A program made the position numbers and the translations under genes. A DNA stretch of 56,922 nucleotides, the filler included, from Sphacelaria rigidula (taxonomy: Eukaryota), in NCBI GenBank assembly GCA_964200075.2. It is 5 parts of 5 records of this genome, joined end to end, with 100 filler letters (N's around TTAATTAATTAA, not from the genome) between each part and the next. Parts side by side here need not be neighbours in the genome. Positions count along the whole stretch, not along the records: positions 22,812 to 34,115 come from CAXNAA020005092.1; positions 34,216 to 45,519 come from CAXNAA020005093.1; 3 more parts are not named here. One strand, 5' to 3'. Positions within the stretch are counted from its first letter, which is position 1, and every line of letters starts with the position of its first letter. Positions 24,833 through 37,500 of the stretch are shown one piece after another. The notes below the pieces were generated by a model, which saw only the letters and a program-made list of their open reading frames with translations, searched no databases and had not been told where the DNA came from.

Positions 24833-25701
24833 GAAATGTTTTAATACCTCTATACGTCACACAGGACAAGGTCTTGAAAACAGTCAAGCGTCAGCCCTGC
24901 AGTAAAATGCGTCGGCATGTCATCACCCACACCATTCAATTGAGAACGCAAAACCTGCGCGATTTTGCCGTAGTGTCCAACAGCAATTGAGTGGCGCTTA
25001 CCCGTTTTTGCTCCTTCTCATCATGCTTCGAAGTATTCCATCTGCTCGTGGTGGTATTCACACTTTTGACTTGTTCACGCTATCGAGCATGAGAATAGTT
25101 GGGAGGTTGGGTGAGTTACTCCTCAGTCTCAACGCAAACCCCGCAGCCCTTTTACTTGTGTTGTAGTGCCCGCGGTGAAACAAAATGTGATGAGATTTGC
25201 CGAGGCCGCCTGTGACAGCAGGATCCTGAAATCGATGTACGATGCACATGTACATTCTAAACCGTCTCCACTGCCAATTCGTCACTGCCGATGTGGTGCA
25301 GGGATAAGATTCACTCTCAGCATGCGTGTGTTTCACTGCTTCAACGTCACACATGCCCCCCAGCATCAAATCGAAAAAAAACGAAACATATGCTAGACGA
25401 TGAACTGAACGGTTTTGATTGCGTTGTCTATCCATTTAACGTACAACCCCTTGAGCGTGGTCGAGATCGGCTACGGTGAAAACTCCTTTCCCGCCGCCGC
25501 AAGAACAAGGTATCAATAAGCAACAGCACGTAGCGGCAGCCTCTTCGTGAAAAATACAGGGAATAAACGGACAAGGTTTTTTCGTTGCAAAAGGCAAATC
25601 TCGAACAGGTGAGACACGACAAAAAACACTGATTCTCATGGAAAAATTTGACACACTCACAACGAAAAGACTCGAGCCGAACTTTTCAAAATTTGACAAA
25701 C

Positions 25702-28700
25702 TCAACAACGAAGAGACTCGAGCCGAACTTTTCCCCGACCGTCGACCCTGCCCTCGAGGCCCATATCCGCCAAGACTTGGTCCATCTCAGGGGAACAGCC
25801 CTGAGGCTGAAGGGCGGCGATCGACGCTTGATTCTCCTCGTTGCCCTCGCACAGGTTACGAACGGCTAAAAGCGCGTACTCTCTGTTTTTTTTTTCGTTC
25901 GTTGCAGAGACACCAGGGAAGGGAGGTTTTCGGCGGCGATAGAGGAGGGGGTGTTTGTGGTCAGGGGATGCTTCGTCCGCTCACTACAGTGGACAGTGCC
26001 TTCAACACACACATAAAACGCAATCAAAGCCTGCAACAATATGTCACCGAGACTGTCAATAATATCCAACAGCTTGACCATATGCCAACAACCAGGTGTC
26101 AAAACGAACGCCGCTGAGAACAGTAAACGTGGTGCGCGTACTACCGAACTGTAAGTTTACGATCACACGGTAGATTCCCCCCCTCCTTCACCCGGGCGGG
26201 ACTGCTCGGCGATCGATCGAATAATCGCATGCCGTGAACTTTTCACTATATCCTCCACCATTGCCGAGCCGGCTGTGCCCGTTGCCTGCACAGACGAAAC
26301 GAACAGCCCCTCCCCTCACCCAAACAAGCAACGAAATCCCACAGCCTCCATTCCAGTATTGCACGTATCTGTTCCCTCCCGCCTTCCACATCAAAATGAC
26401 TCAGCCAGACAGGCCTACACGTCGTCTCCCTCACCTCAACAGCGGGTTCCCGCCGTCGACGGCACAATGATTCAACACAAGCGGCAGCGCTCCCAACTCC
26501 CGCACCCGTTCCTGCGAGATCCTGCATCTGAAGCACGCGTTGCCGATAACCTTCAACAGCTGCGCCTTGCGACCGACCGGAACCCCCAACCGCCCCGTCG
26601 CCCCGCCATCAACGTCAACACCACTCTCATACTCCTCCATACCACTTCTCCCGACATGATCCACAACCCTCGCCTTCGGCTCGGCGGCCCCCCCGCATCC
26701 CGACAGCAGTCGCACGCAAAGGTCCACAAGCCCCCTCTGCTCCCGTTCACCTCCGGGTCCAAATCCAGGCCCCCTTGCTGCTGCCGTATCTAGCGTCGGA
26801 ACCGCCCGCGCCGGCGCCCCTGCCGCCATGCAGACTCGGGTATTCTGCCGATCTTCGGGACTCGCAGCGCAGCCCGGCTCTGTGGCTCGGTAGTTCGCGG
26901 CAACTTGACGGGTATCGTCGTCACACCCGGCGAGCAGCGTACCAAGTGCCCTCAGCACGGCCGAGCGCGCCTCCTCACGCATCCGACGACGCGTGGTCTC
27001 TGTTTCCAGATCGCCACCGGGCGTGCCGTGCGCCTTGTCGTTTGATTTTTCCTCAGCAGTGGTCGATGCGACGGTGTGATGCTTCGGCGGACGTAAGGGT
27101 GTCGGTGTTGGCATTGATGCTGGCTTGTGATCGCGAGTGTGCGGCAGCAGGCTTTGTTCAAGTGGCATTGCTGCGAGCAGGTCGATTAGCCACGAGCAAA
27201 GGGCATTGCACGCTCGCCGTTGGTCTCGCGTTAGTATCTCGCCTCCCGTCACGGTTGCGTCGGCTTTGGGGTCGAGAAAAATTGAAACGTGGAAATATGG
27301 GGGGGGGGGAGGAAGAGGAAAGTGACCAAACGGTTTTACTCGTATACACGGATTGAACGAGATGCGAAGGGCAGAGGTTCCACGCCCTACACGGACTTTG
27401 ACCATTGTAGCCAGCGTCAAGAGACACGTACGAACAAACGTCCTTCCCTGCTCATTGCTTTTCCGCCGCATACCACGCGAAACCTAGGTTCATTACGCCG
27501 TGAGTGCCCATCTACAAATCAATGCCGCTGGTGAGTGTCGAAATAGCGATAGCAGTCACTGCAGTAGTTGCGCTCACCCGCTGCAACCTCTGTTAGATTC
27601 AGCATGATCAGCTGTTCCGGAGTGACAGGGAAAAAAAAATCCTCCTCACTAGCCCCGAAACTCCCGACACCCCCCGCCATGCCCTTCTCCACTCCCGCTG
27701 TTGCCATGGCTCCATCAAAGCCAGCATCTCCGCTCCTATTCGAGGGCAGCGACCCTCCGACTCCCCCTACAGCCGCGTCCCCCCCGACTCCATTCATTCC
27801 CCCTCCACTGCACTCTTCATTGCCCTCCCCGTTCTCCGTCCCTGGCGGTCGGCTGCGCCGGCTCGCTGCAGCAGCGGGGCGCCCACCCGCCCGGATACCT
27901 ACGGCATCGTACAAATCAGACGAGAGATATTCCTGAATGAAACGGCAGAACAATAGATACAGCCACTCAGCTGCGGGGTCGTCACGGTCGAGGCCATCAC
28001 TGTTGTCGCTCTTGCCGCTGATGTTGGTGCTCGACGAAGGGGATGTTGGTGCCGTGGATCCTGGTGCGCGCGGCGTGAGGTCGAAAGGAACGACCTTCGA
28101 AAGTGGAGGGCACGTTTTGTGAGGGCGGGGGGGGGGGGGGGGGGGGGGGGGAGGAGGGGTGGTGCTGGGGGGGCGCAGGAGCCGAGAAGCCCCGCCCGAC
28201 TCGGTGGGGGTGGGGGGAGAGNNNNNNNNNNGTGGGGTAGGCGTGGCTGGAGTGCAGACGGGTGGTCTTCCGATCTGCGTACTCATTTGTTGCTTGCCTT
28301 AGTCATTTGACCATTGACCACGCATCCCTTTTGTGAGGGCGGGGGCGAACGGAGGAGTCGAGGTGAAGAGCGGCGGTGGGAGGGGCAACGAGGGAAGGGA
28401 AAACATCGGCAAACTCGGTGGAGTTGTCTGCACAGACGGGCGGCCCTTGGTGAACTTCAGCGCGAGAGGTTGTCTTTCTCAAGGAGCGCCATGAAGGAGG
28501 GCGTTCATCGGTGCCACAGCGTATCGGGGTTGGGAACTTCGTGCACATAGGGTAGCCTGGCGAGTAGGGGAAATGTCCGAGTAAAAGTGTGCGTCTACTT
28601 TTCGACAGCCGTTTTCGGGAGGGGAAAGTCACCTTCATGAGAAGGCAACAGAAGGCCCGGTCACCAGCCACTTGCGAGAGTCTATCGTTGCCCCTCGGTT

Positions 28701-30619
28701 CAGCGAGACTGCCGACTCCGTTCTTGTCCACACTTGACAAGCAGCAGTTGTAGATGAGCGCTACGGCGAGAGACAGTAGCGTACGGTCCGTCTTGAGGCT
28801 GTTTACCAGCTCCTGCATGATGGAATGCGAGGCGCATTCGTTTGGTGAAAGTTAAACTCTTTGGCATCACTATGGCACAGAGATTCAATAAAAGGGGCTA
28901 CTTCATTTTACAAGCCTTCTTCGCGCGACAGTGTGCAATCCAAGAATACGGGCAGTTGTCTGCTTCCGCTAGCGCTATATCTATCGCCGCACTAGATATT
29001 CACACATGAAGGGGGGAGAATCTCACCCCATACACGCGAATATTGGGATAGAATGTGGTAGAGGAGGGAAAGGTAATCGGCGTCAGAGACGGCGGCATAC
29101 CGGATCAAGTCTACCGTGCCTACGATCAATTCTGCCAAACGCTGCAGCAACAAGAAAATATATTACAATGGCGAGCTCCTAGACCCGGAAACAAGAGACG
29201 GACGCTTCATCAAGATCTTGCCACACGCACCATCAACCTGCGAGGGAAACACTGGTCCCACAGCAACGCTTGGCTCGCTTCGTTACCCACACAGGAGTTG
29301 CACGCGAACTGCAGAGCCGCCCGCACAGCGAGACGCACACTTCCGGCTGATTCTGCCGTCGACTTGGGCGTCTCCGCAGCAGTCGCCACGTCCGCAATAC
29401 CTTCTCGCAGAGGAGAACTGGCTGACGCGATGCCGCCTGGGGCGGCCACCCCCCCGCACGCAAAGTGCGCCTGGTCGGCGGCAAAGTCCAATGCCTGCTT
29501 CCACGCCAGCAAAAAAAAACGACGCCATGTCGAGGATAGCTGTTTGCCTTGATTTCAATATCGTTGTGGTTTCTCCTGATGGACACCTTGCCTTTTCATC
29601 AACATCAAGCGATAGTCGCAAACTTCCTCCTGAGGGCAACAAGACAGTACACCGATTATACCTGTAATATGTGGAGAAAGCGCCAGCATAGCAACCTAGA
29701 CAATACACAGAATTGAGGAACACTACACAAACCACCGGGTTCGGGTCTTGGCTGTGGGGCCATCTCCGTGATGTACATCCTCGATGACAAAAGCGGGGAC
29801 TCTTCGCGTTGCGAGTCGTGTATGGACGACCTGTAGTTGGAGTGTGGTCGCTGCGTTCGGAAAAATCTCGCGCATTTCAGACTGACTTTTTCGCATGATA
29901 TACCGTGCTGCTGAGTGTGGTGCTGGAGCACAGGGCGAAGGCACGTGAAGTTACGGAAAAAAACGATGACCCTCAGCATTTTGTGAAGTTACAATTGACA
30001 CGCAAGAACTTTGAACGCGTAGCTTCGTAGAGCAGCACATGGAATGTACCACGATAGTGGTTCCGCATTGGTGAAGCACGGGGACTCGCAACTTACATTG
30101 TACGGTACTGTACGATTTGTTGTTTTGTGTACACCCCGCGATTCAGGCCTAGAGATGGATCAAACAGGTGGATGAAAACATCATGTGCGTTCGGGGCCAT
30201 AAATGGGTGTGATCTCTTGCACCAATGTACTCGGATGACACACACACAAACACACACGTGAAAACTAAATGCATTCGCGCGCGGGTCGCGCCGCGCGCCG
30301 CTCACTTGCCGCTTGGGAGAGCCCCGCGCTCCGCACACGATTTTGGTTAGCAGGGCAGCCGGCACAGGCGTTCCTCAAGATCAAAAACGCCCGGGTGAGA
30401 ATAGCCGACGCCTCGGACGACGCCTCAACAGGTTCGTCGAACGCCACGGAAGCCCCGCTGTCATGAACATGTAGCTCTGCTGCATCGTTGTTGCTGACGG
30501 GGAAGGGCGAAGCATTGTCGTTGTGGTCCTTGTTAGCTGGTGATTTCGTCGTTGTTGACGCCATGTGGACCAAGGCAGTGAGCTGAGGCAAAACGGCGTT
30601 CCCTTCCAGCGCGAGGTGT
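25702..30619 (-). CDS. ATXN10: Ataxin-10 homolog (ARM-repeat protein, C-terminal Atx10homo_assoc domain); at least 6 exons, 5' end not resolved
   Basis: Exons 30310-30619, 29231-29494, 28633-28812, 27578-28094, 26435-27263, 25702-25882 join in phase (the first intron needs a GC donor). Motifs LRNACAGCPANQ and GRKAQLLKVIGNACFRCRISQERVRELGALPLVLNHCAVDGGNPLLREYALLAVRNLCEGNEENQASIAAL. Confidence 0.9.
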
Positions 30620-31454
30620 CTGCCGAATGGGGGGGGGGGGGGGGGGGGGGGGTTTGTTGGGGGGGGGGGGGGGGGGGCAAGGAAAAAAAAAAAACAGAGG
30701 AGCGGAAACCGTAAACGCTTTTATTTCTTGTCCCGTTCCGATTCCGGATGCACACGGCACAAGATCAATCTCAAACATGCCAACTAAGTGAGTTGTCACG
30801 CAACATCTGATAAGAGAGGCAGCACGCAGCAAGCGGCCATTTTGGGGCCATACAGGGCCCCCGTTAGACACTGTCAGGTCAAGATCACCGGTGAAACTGC
30901 CGAATCGCCGGTAGCAGCTCACGAAGCTAGTACCGCAGTCGTTTCCGTACGAGTACGAATAGTAAGCACTTTTTTTTAGGGTGCCGACGAACCCGTCAGC
31001 TAATACCATTGGTTGACTGCAACCCCCAAGACGAAGGAAAGTAAAGGAGTCCCAAGGCTCTGTAGGGCGAACACTTCGTATGAAACAAATTTGCACGGAA
31101 AGTCCTCTCGGGGCTCCTCTTCTTCCGACCAAACTGCCACACAGCCGTACCCGCTGCAGACAAATCAATCGGTAGTTGCTAGCAAATCGTGTATCGGTTC
31201 ACCTTGTATCTACCGACAACTTCACCTCCGCTTACCACTTCCACAGGGCAACAATTCTAAATGGTGGCAGCACAATGGCATATGGGCAATACGAGGGTGT
31301 CGGTGGTCAAGGCCTGGAAGCACCTTCAGAAGAGCGAGATCTGAGGTTTCGAAAGTGTGATTCTTCAACTTTGCGGTTTGCGTCACTTCGAAAAACAAAC
31401 ATATCATCAATCTGATCGTAAATATATATATATATATAAGACACACGTGCACAG

Positions 31455-31816
31455 CCGGCCGCCCCGATGGCTCAGTTGGTAACCTCGAAACCTTCGCACG
31501 TTGGACACGTGGGTTTGAATCTCGGGGACGCAACACGATCTGTTTTTTTTGTTTCTCACATCATGCTCAACAGTGGAGAGCGACTATGTCGTGGGTACAC
31601 AAAATTCGACGTCACAGTCGACGAGGGAAAGCGAACCGCCGATTCCTTCTCGCGATAAAAAGAAGTAAGGTAAGCACGGCAGAATAAAAGTTGAGTGCAA
31701 ACACGAGATGAAAAAACAAACTCCTGTATTGACCTTCCTCCTTTGTGACTCAGGCTCATGCACCCACGTACACCGAAAGGTGTAGGATGGCATCCAGAAT
31801 GGATGGGATGACAACA
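31455..31816 (+). mobile_element. Full-length tRNA-derived SINE family 1
   Basis: A-box TGGCTCAGTTGG and B-box GGGTTTGAATCTC. Body is colinear with 51989-52347. acacacgtg on both flanks (TSD-like). Confidence 0.8.
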
Positions 31817-32091
31817 TATATATACACACACACACGTGTCCACATGATCCGTACGGTATACCGAAACGTATGCTGTATCTACGACCAAAACGACTGGAAA
31901 TTGGCTGACTGCAGTGTAAGGTAACATGCACCCTGCGCAAACCGCACCGCATTTAACTGCACTGCCCTGCCTTGTACTTTGGTGATGACCGCACGGTACG
32001 GTACGCACAGAACAAGCAAAGCAGGGTATTTCTGGAAGCGTCAGACCAAAGAACGATGAAATAGAAGCGCTGTCATGTGATGTACTGCGTG

Positions 32092-32151
<60 letters not shown>
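32092..32151. repeat. (AAC)n microsatellite, ~20 units
   Basis: Direct inspection. Confidence 0.95.
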
Positions 32152-32152
<1 letters not shown>

Positions 32153-32989
32153 GGAGCACTTTTACTTCAGGAAATTCACAAATATCTTCGCCAAGAGACT
32201 GTGAGCATTTTTCGGTATTGGAACAGCGAACCGATGAACTGCGCGCCAAGACAGAACTAACTGCGATTTCTTCGTGTGCCCTGAACGAAGCTGCCCATTC
32301 GGAATAGCTGAATCACTAAAATAGGCATCTGCTTCGATTTTCGGAGAGCTGCTTCCCGCTTTATCGATCGACCGGTTACCTTGACTGATCGATTGATCTT
32401 CGCACGGTATCATCAACTGATCCGCGAGGGACTCAGCCGTTGTCACAGTATGGACATACGTACCTACCCAAGGTGAGCAAGACTGGAAACACTCGCTGAT
32501 GTAAAAAAATCGACAAAGGGAGAACGACGAAGGATAAAAAGGGCGATCTAAGTATCTCAGGCTGAACGAAACCGAGAGATGAGAGCAGCAGAGCGGCACA
32601 TATTTCTATATATATACAAGCCGTCCGGGACGGCCCCGGTCCCGTCCGTCTTCTTGGAGGGTCGCGGTATTCTTGCCTTGCCAAGCTCTCGTAAAAAATG
32701 ATTCTCGGTTACAATTTCAAGTTGTATACGAAAGAAATAAGACGAGAAAGAGTCCGGGGTTGCGTGAGGAACGATGAGGAAAAGCGCAAAGGAAAACGAT
32801 TGCAGCGCAACTGAGGAAGAGGGCGACGGTCGATATGTCGTAGTATTCCCTCCGCTTGCACCGATGTCTTCGAGGTTTTTGTGTTTGTTCACAGAGAAGA
32901 TGATGTTAGTTGATGGGGAAAAAAATGCGAGGAATAGGACCGCGGGTATGAATGATGAGAGAGAGTGCGAAGATTGCATTGGAAGGCAA

Positions 32990-33310
32990 AATTGACTCCT
33001 CGTGTAGAAAAACTGTGTTTTACACGGCACCACAGGCAGGAAAAAAAATACCCGACCCAGGACTCGAACTCGACTTCCGGTGTGAAGAAACAGTTTTCTA
33101 CTCACGCACTACGAGCAAAAAATAGTAGCCGACACAGGGTTCGAACCTATGCCGACATCATGCACGTCTATAATGTCACATTTCACCTACAGAATACACT
33201 GATATACTCCCGGTGAGAAGGAACGGTGCTCTACTCACGCACTACGAGCAATAAAAAGCAGTCGACAGAGCGTTCGAACCAATTCCGACGTCTTGCACGC
33301 ATATAATTCC
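32990..33310 (-). repeat. Chain of decayed tRNA-like modules (not intact tRNA genes)
   Basis: Direct repeats 33097-33173 and 33229-33307. The minus strand shows A-box/D-arm-like GCTCGTAGTGCGTGAGTAGAGCAC, B-boxes GGTTCGAACC and GAGTTCGAGTCC, and T-runs. Confidence 0.45.
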
Positions 33311-33314
33311 AATA

Positions 33315-33641
33315 CGTCGGACGAGCACGAGTGTGACTCGTGGCACTCGCACTTGTTGTGCTGCTCGTTGGCCGTAAAAATCAATGGGGCGAGTACTCGA
33401 GTCATTGCTCGTTGTGGGAAAAATTAATAGGGCGAGCACTCGAGTCATTGCTCGTTGTAGGAAAAATCAATAGGGCGAGCGCTCGAGTCATTGCTCGTTG
33501 CGGAAAAAATCAATAGGGCGAGCACTCGAGTCATTGCTCGTTGTAGAAATAATTAATTAGGCGAGCACTCGAGTCATTGCTCGTTGTGGAAATAATTTAT
33601 AGGGCGGGCAGTCGAGTCATTGCTCGTAGTTGAACAAATTA
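33315..33641. repeat. Element head plus 43-bp minisatellite, 6 units (33387-33641)
   Basis: Units start at 33387, 33430, 33473, 33516, 33559, 33602. Consensus gggcgagcactcgagtcattgctcgttgtggaaaaatcaata. Confidence 0.9.
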
Positions 33642-34115
33642 ACCTCTTTGGGACCGAGCCTCCGGAACGACCAATGAGGCTGATCAGGAATGACGTGTCT
33701 GCATCTGCACGAAACAGTGGCATGTTACTGAATATCCGCGTATGTAACCGCAGGGTTATGACGAAGATCGAAAGTTTCATTCAATCTATTTTCAGGTGCA
33801 GGGTGCGCATTAGGTAATGTACATCTGATGTAGCAAGCAATATGTGTCGCCGTACAATGGAGAGCTTTCAACAGGATGAGGCGACCGGCGGGCCGCCCGC
33901 CACGTGTAGCTTTGGATGATATTATTGTCCCCATCATCTGTCCACACAACTCTTTGTGGTCGGGGTGGGCCGCCATTTCCCTCCTTGTTGCAAGCGGCGA
34001 ATTATTTTGGAAGGATATCGACGTTGTGCACATACATACAGCAGTACAAAACAGTGCAGTACGCCTCTCCGAATGCAGCAGCAGCTGCCGCTGCATACAT
34101 TCTTGCACGTTCTGG
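33639..34115. repeat. Dispersed repeat (homolog of 5955-6430), truncated by the contig end
   Basis: Inverted similarity to 5955-6430; begins at a TTAA. Confidence 0.7.
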
Positions 34116-34215
34116 NNNNNNNNNNNNNNNNNNNNNNNNNNNNNNNNNNNNNNNNNNNNTTAATTAATTAANNNNNNNNNNNNNNNNNNNNNNNNNNNNN
34201 NNNNNNNNNNNNNNN
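34116..34215. other. Artificial contig linker
   Basis: N44-TTAATTAATTAA-N44. Confidence 0.98.
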
Positions 34216-34578
34216 CCTGAAACAAGTAGAACTCGTTCTGTTTAATGGCACGTGTTAAGTGTTCGATAGCCTTCACCTTACCCCCCCCCCCCCTATAACG
34301 CATATTTTCCCAGAAAGTACAACACGGTCGAACCAACCAACCGACAATGCACGAATAAATAAGTTGTGAGCGCCCCTCCTAGATAGCTGAACACCTCGCC
34401 ATGAGCGCAGAAGATGCCAGTCTTTACTTGAAAATGCTGGAGTATCCATCCCAGACATCTACGCTTTTCTTTCTTCATGACACACCTATGACCGGTTCCG
34501 TTCTTCGGAACGAGTCCAAAGTCATGCGCTTCAATTCGTTTCTGATATGTGTTGCACTTGTCTGAACGGCTATGGCAG

Positions 34579-37500
34579 ATATTCATCGACGCGTACGGGT
34601 TCGCAGACGACACCATTTACATCTGGGGTGGCGTCATCTTCATTTTCGGGGAATTCCTGCTCGTTGTCATGTGAGGACGTACGTGAGGAGATACGTTGGG
34701 GACGATGGGCTCTAGTATTTGCTCTCCATTTTGAACTGTCGCTCTTATTGCTTATTCATTCGAGGAGGGGAATACGGAAGGGAATAAACCCCCCTAACCA
34801 TGGGAGCATCCGCAAATGTACCTCTGAATCTGACACTCGGCTTTAAGGGAATGTGGTCACGACTCACCAAATGCACCTGATCGATCAAAGGGCTAGCGTT
34901 GATTTTGAAAAAGGCGTGTGTACACCACAAGCTGCCTAGGGTGAGACTCGGCACGTGAACTCAGAATACTGCACACCAATTGTTTTGCCCTACGTGATTC
35001 CTGAACCTTCCGAGGGATATCGAAGGAAATGGACAAAGCTCTGGCTATCCAAGAAGTGGGCTACCAACGAAGGTGGCCGTGTACCCTCTCTTGGCCGGGC
35101 GCCTTGGGGAGGGGGGGAGTACCACCGATTCCGTTGTCCCTATCAATATTGATAAGTGTCTGTGTTTGCACGCGTCCGTTAGACCAGCTCTTATCGGACG
35201 CCGAAACAAAAGACAGCATCAGCTCAGCTTCGGCGATTCTCGTATTGTGCCGCGTGACGTAGAAATGCCTACAGTCTGAGGGTAATTTTGAACGAAGTGA
35301 CACGAAATGGAAGAATATCCGAAATGCTCATGCTGCAATAACCCGCCCGCGTCATATGCCGATTCTTGGAAGACGCGGAGCATTCGAATGCTACTTTTGG
35401 AACCAACGAAGATATTCTTTGTATCAATCTACGGAAACAAAGGTGACATGTGGGGCAGGTGAGCGCCTCGTCACCGTGTCAGCTGGGCACGGTGCACTGT
35501 CTATGAACGCTTTTTCTTTATCCCAATAGTGCAATGCTACGGTAACGGTTGCACTTTTTGTTCCTGGGCCCCTCCTTCTTGTAGGAGCACAAATATGTGG
35601 GGCTCACCGTGCAACCCAAATCTCTGGCAACCGGATTCCCAGAAATATGGGGTTTGCACGCAGGGGCCTTTTCGTGACTCGGCATCATTTTCGGTCTTTT
35701 TCAAGTAAGAATGATGCCGAGTCACGAAATGACCCGTCCAACACCCCGAGCAGCCCCGAAAAACTTTTCTGCTCAAAAGTGCAACCCCTGCCATAGCATC
35801 ACTCAACAGAGAGAGAGGGAGAGAGAGAGAGTTTATCGTAAGAGTGAATGATTGCCCATAAAGGGTGGATACTGCTTATGTGTAAGAGCTGTAGCTTTCC
35901 GTCTTGCCGCGCTCACTAACCATGCCTAGCCAGCGCTAGAGAACTCGTGGCAAAAACAAGAACGAACAGCGCATGTTTGCTGACAAAGTTGCTTAAAAAC
36001 CGTCACGAACCCCCGTAATATTGTCGTCGTTGTACGTGAAGCGCCACGGGCCTGGCTTACCACTACCTCCGCTGGGACGCTTCGGACAGCGCACCTATCT
36101 TGCCCACGGCAACGGGGGAAAACGCGGAGAAGGACCAGCAGCAGTCCGGTAAGAGTTGTAAAAGAAAAACGAAAAAATACAAGATAAAACTAACGGTAGA
36201 CGTACCTGTGAGTTATTTGTGTATGCAGTTGTTTCGTCGTACGTTTTGGCCTGCTTCCCCTCAAGACGAATCCCTACAGAGTCCCAAGGGAATTACCACC
36301 CCTTTCCCGATACGCGCCCACATGACAATTTGCCGTGAAGCGTTGGATCAGCACGCTGGCATCCCGTCCATTTTCGGCGAAGTTGTGTCAACACTTCATG
36401 TGTTCCCGCTTTCCATGATGGAAACGAAGAGAAAATACCATCATCGCTGGGACTTGAGTTTTCCCTCGCAACCCAGCATAATTGAATATGATGTACCAGT
36501 CTGACCACTGAGGCAGTATATGATATGTACTGTATACCAACCAATATATATATATATATATGTATGTACACATGTGCGCGTCCCTCACTGTGAACACATT
36601 ATGACAGTCTAACAGCCAAGGTGGTTGCTGTTGTATTCTTTCAGCAGTATCAACTCTCCGTCAGGTGGTGTGTGGCTTTCACCTGACGATTTCGGTGGAT
36701 CACAAGCTTCGACTTCTCCGAGATCTTGCGGAGTACTTCACCGCCCGGAGCTATGGCACATGCCATGATTATGTATGAGTACAAGTTTGATTACGAGCTG
36801 GGCCAGCCTGGGAGCGGATCTGTAGGTTGCGGGTCTATTCTCACCACAAGTTTGACCGTTTAACTTTCAAACTTGGTGAGGAGGATCAACGAGGCATTAT
36901 TAAACTGTATACATTGAAACGGTGGGAATTTTTTTCACGAGTTGAGCGCAAAAACCAAGACCCAATTTTGAATTCAACGTCTGTAAGTCATGGTATTCCA
37001 CACATACCAAATTGAGGTGAGGGTGGGCGATTGAGAGCCCCGGGCCGGTTGAAAATCGGAGCACTATTTGCAGGCAATTTACCTGCCCAGTTTTGGTACT
37101 TGTGCTTTAAATTTTTTGTGTGGGAAATCGCTAGGTCATATTGAAAAAACGGGTTACGGTCGTTGTAGTACAGTAAATACCATTTTTCACGAGAACGAAG
37201 GTCTCCTTCCTTTGGCTTTCTAGTACTCGTATGCTCTTGCTTTTCTCGATATTCAAGCTCAAATCACGATTCTAAAAATTGAGCAGAGAAACTGAGATAA
37301 GGGCTAAAACAATGTCTATCGCTCACTAAAACGCCTCCAAGACATGAAAAATTGATATCAAGCTAAAATGTTTAGCGAGCTGGTTTTTTGTTCTTATCGT
37401 TTGCCCTAGCGATTCTCCATTCCAAGTTTTGAAGCACAACTCTCAAAACTGAAATCCATATTTAGTGCATTTCGTGCCTCGGCTCGTGATTTATTGAGTT

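Noticed and set aside
29055-29667. Plus-strand ORFs (165 and 183 aa) and similar ORFs at 26275, 26775 and 27568
   Set aside because: They are antisense shadows of GC-rich ATXN10 exons.
30620-32600. First exon of ATXN10
   Set aside because: Candidates near 30935-31010 and 32160-32460 lack a convincing ATG plus phase-2 donor combination, so it is left unresolved.
33387-33641. CRISPR array
   Set aside because: The 'spacers' are only 15 nt and homologous to each other, the context is eukaryotic, and there are no cas genes. It is a minisatellite.
36644-36775. Extra PDR exon
   Set aside because: The flanking PDR exons already join in phase and this sequence has no PDR similarity.
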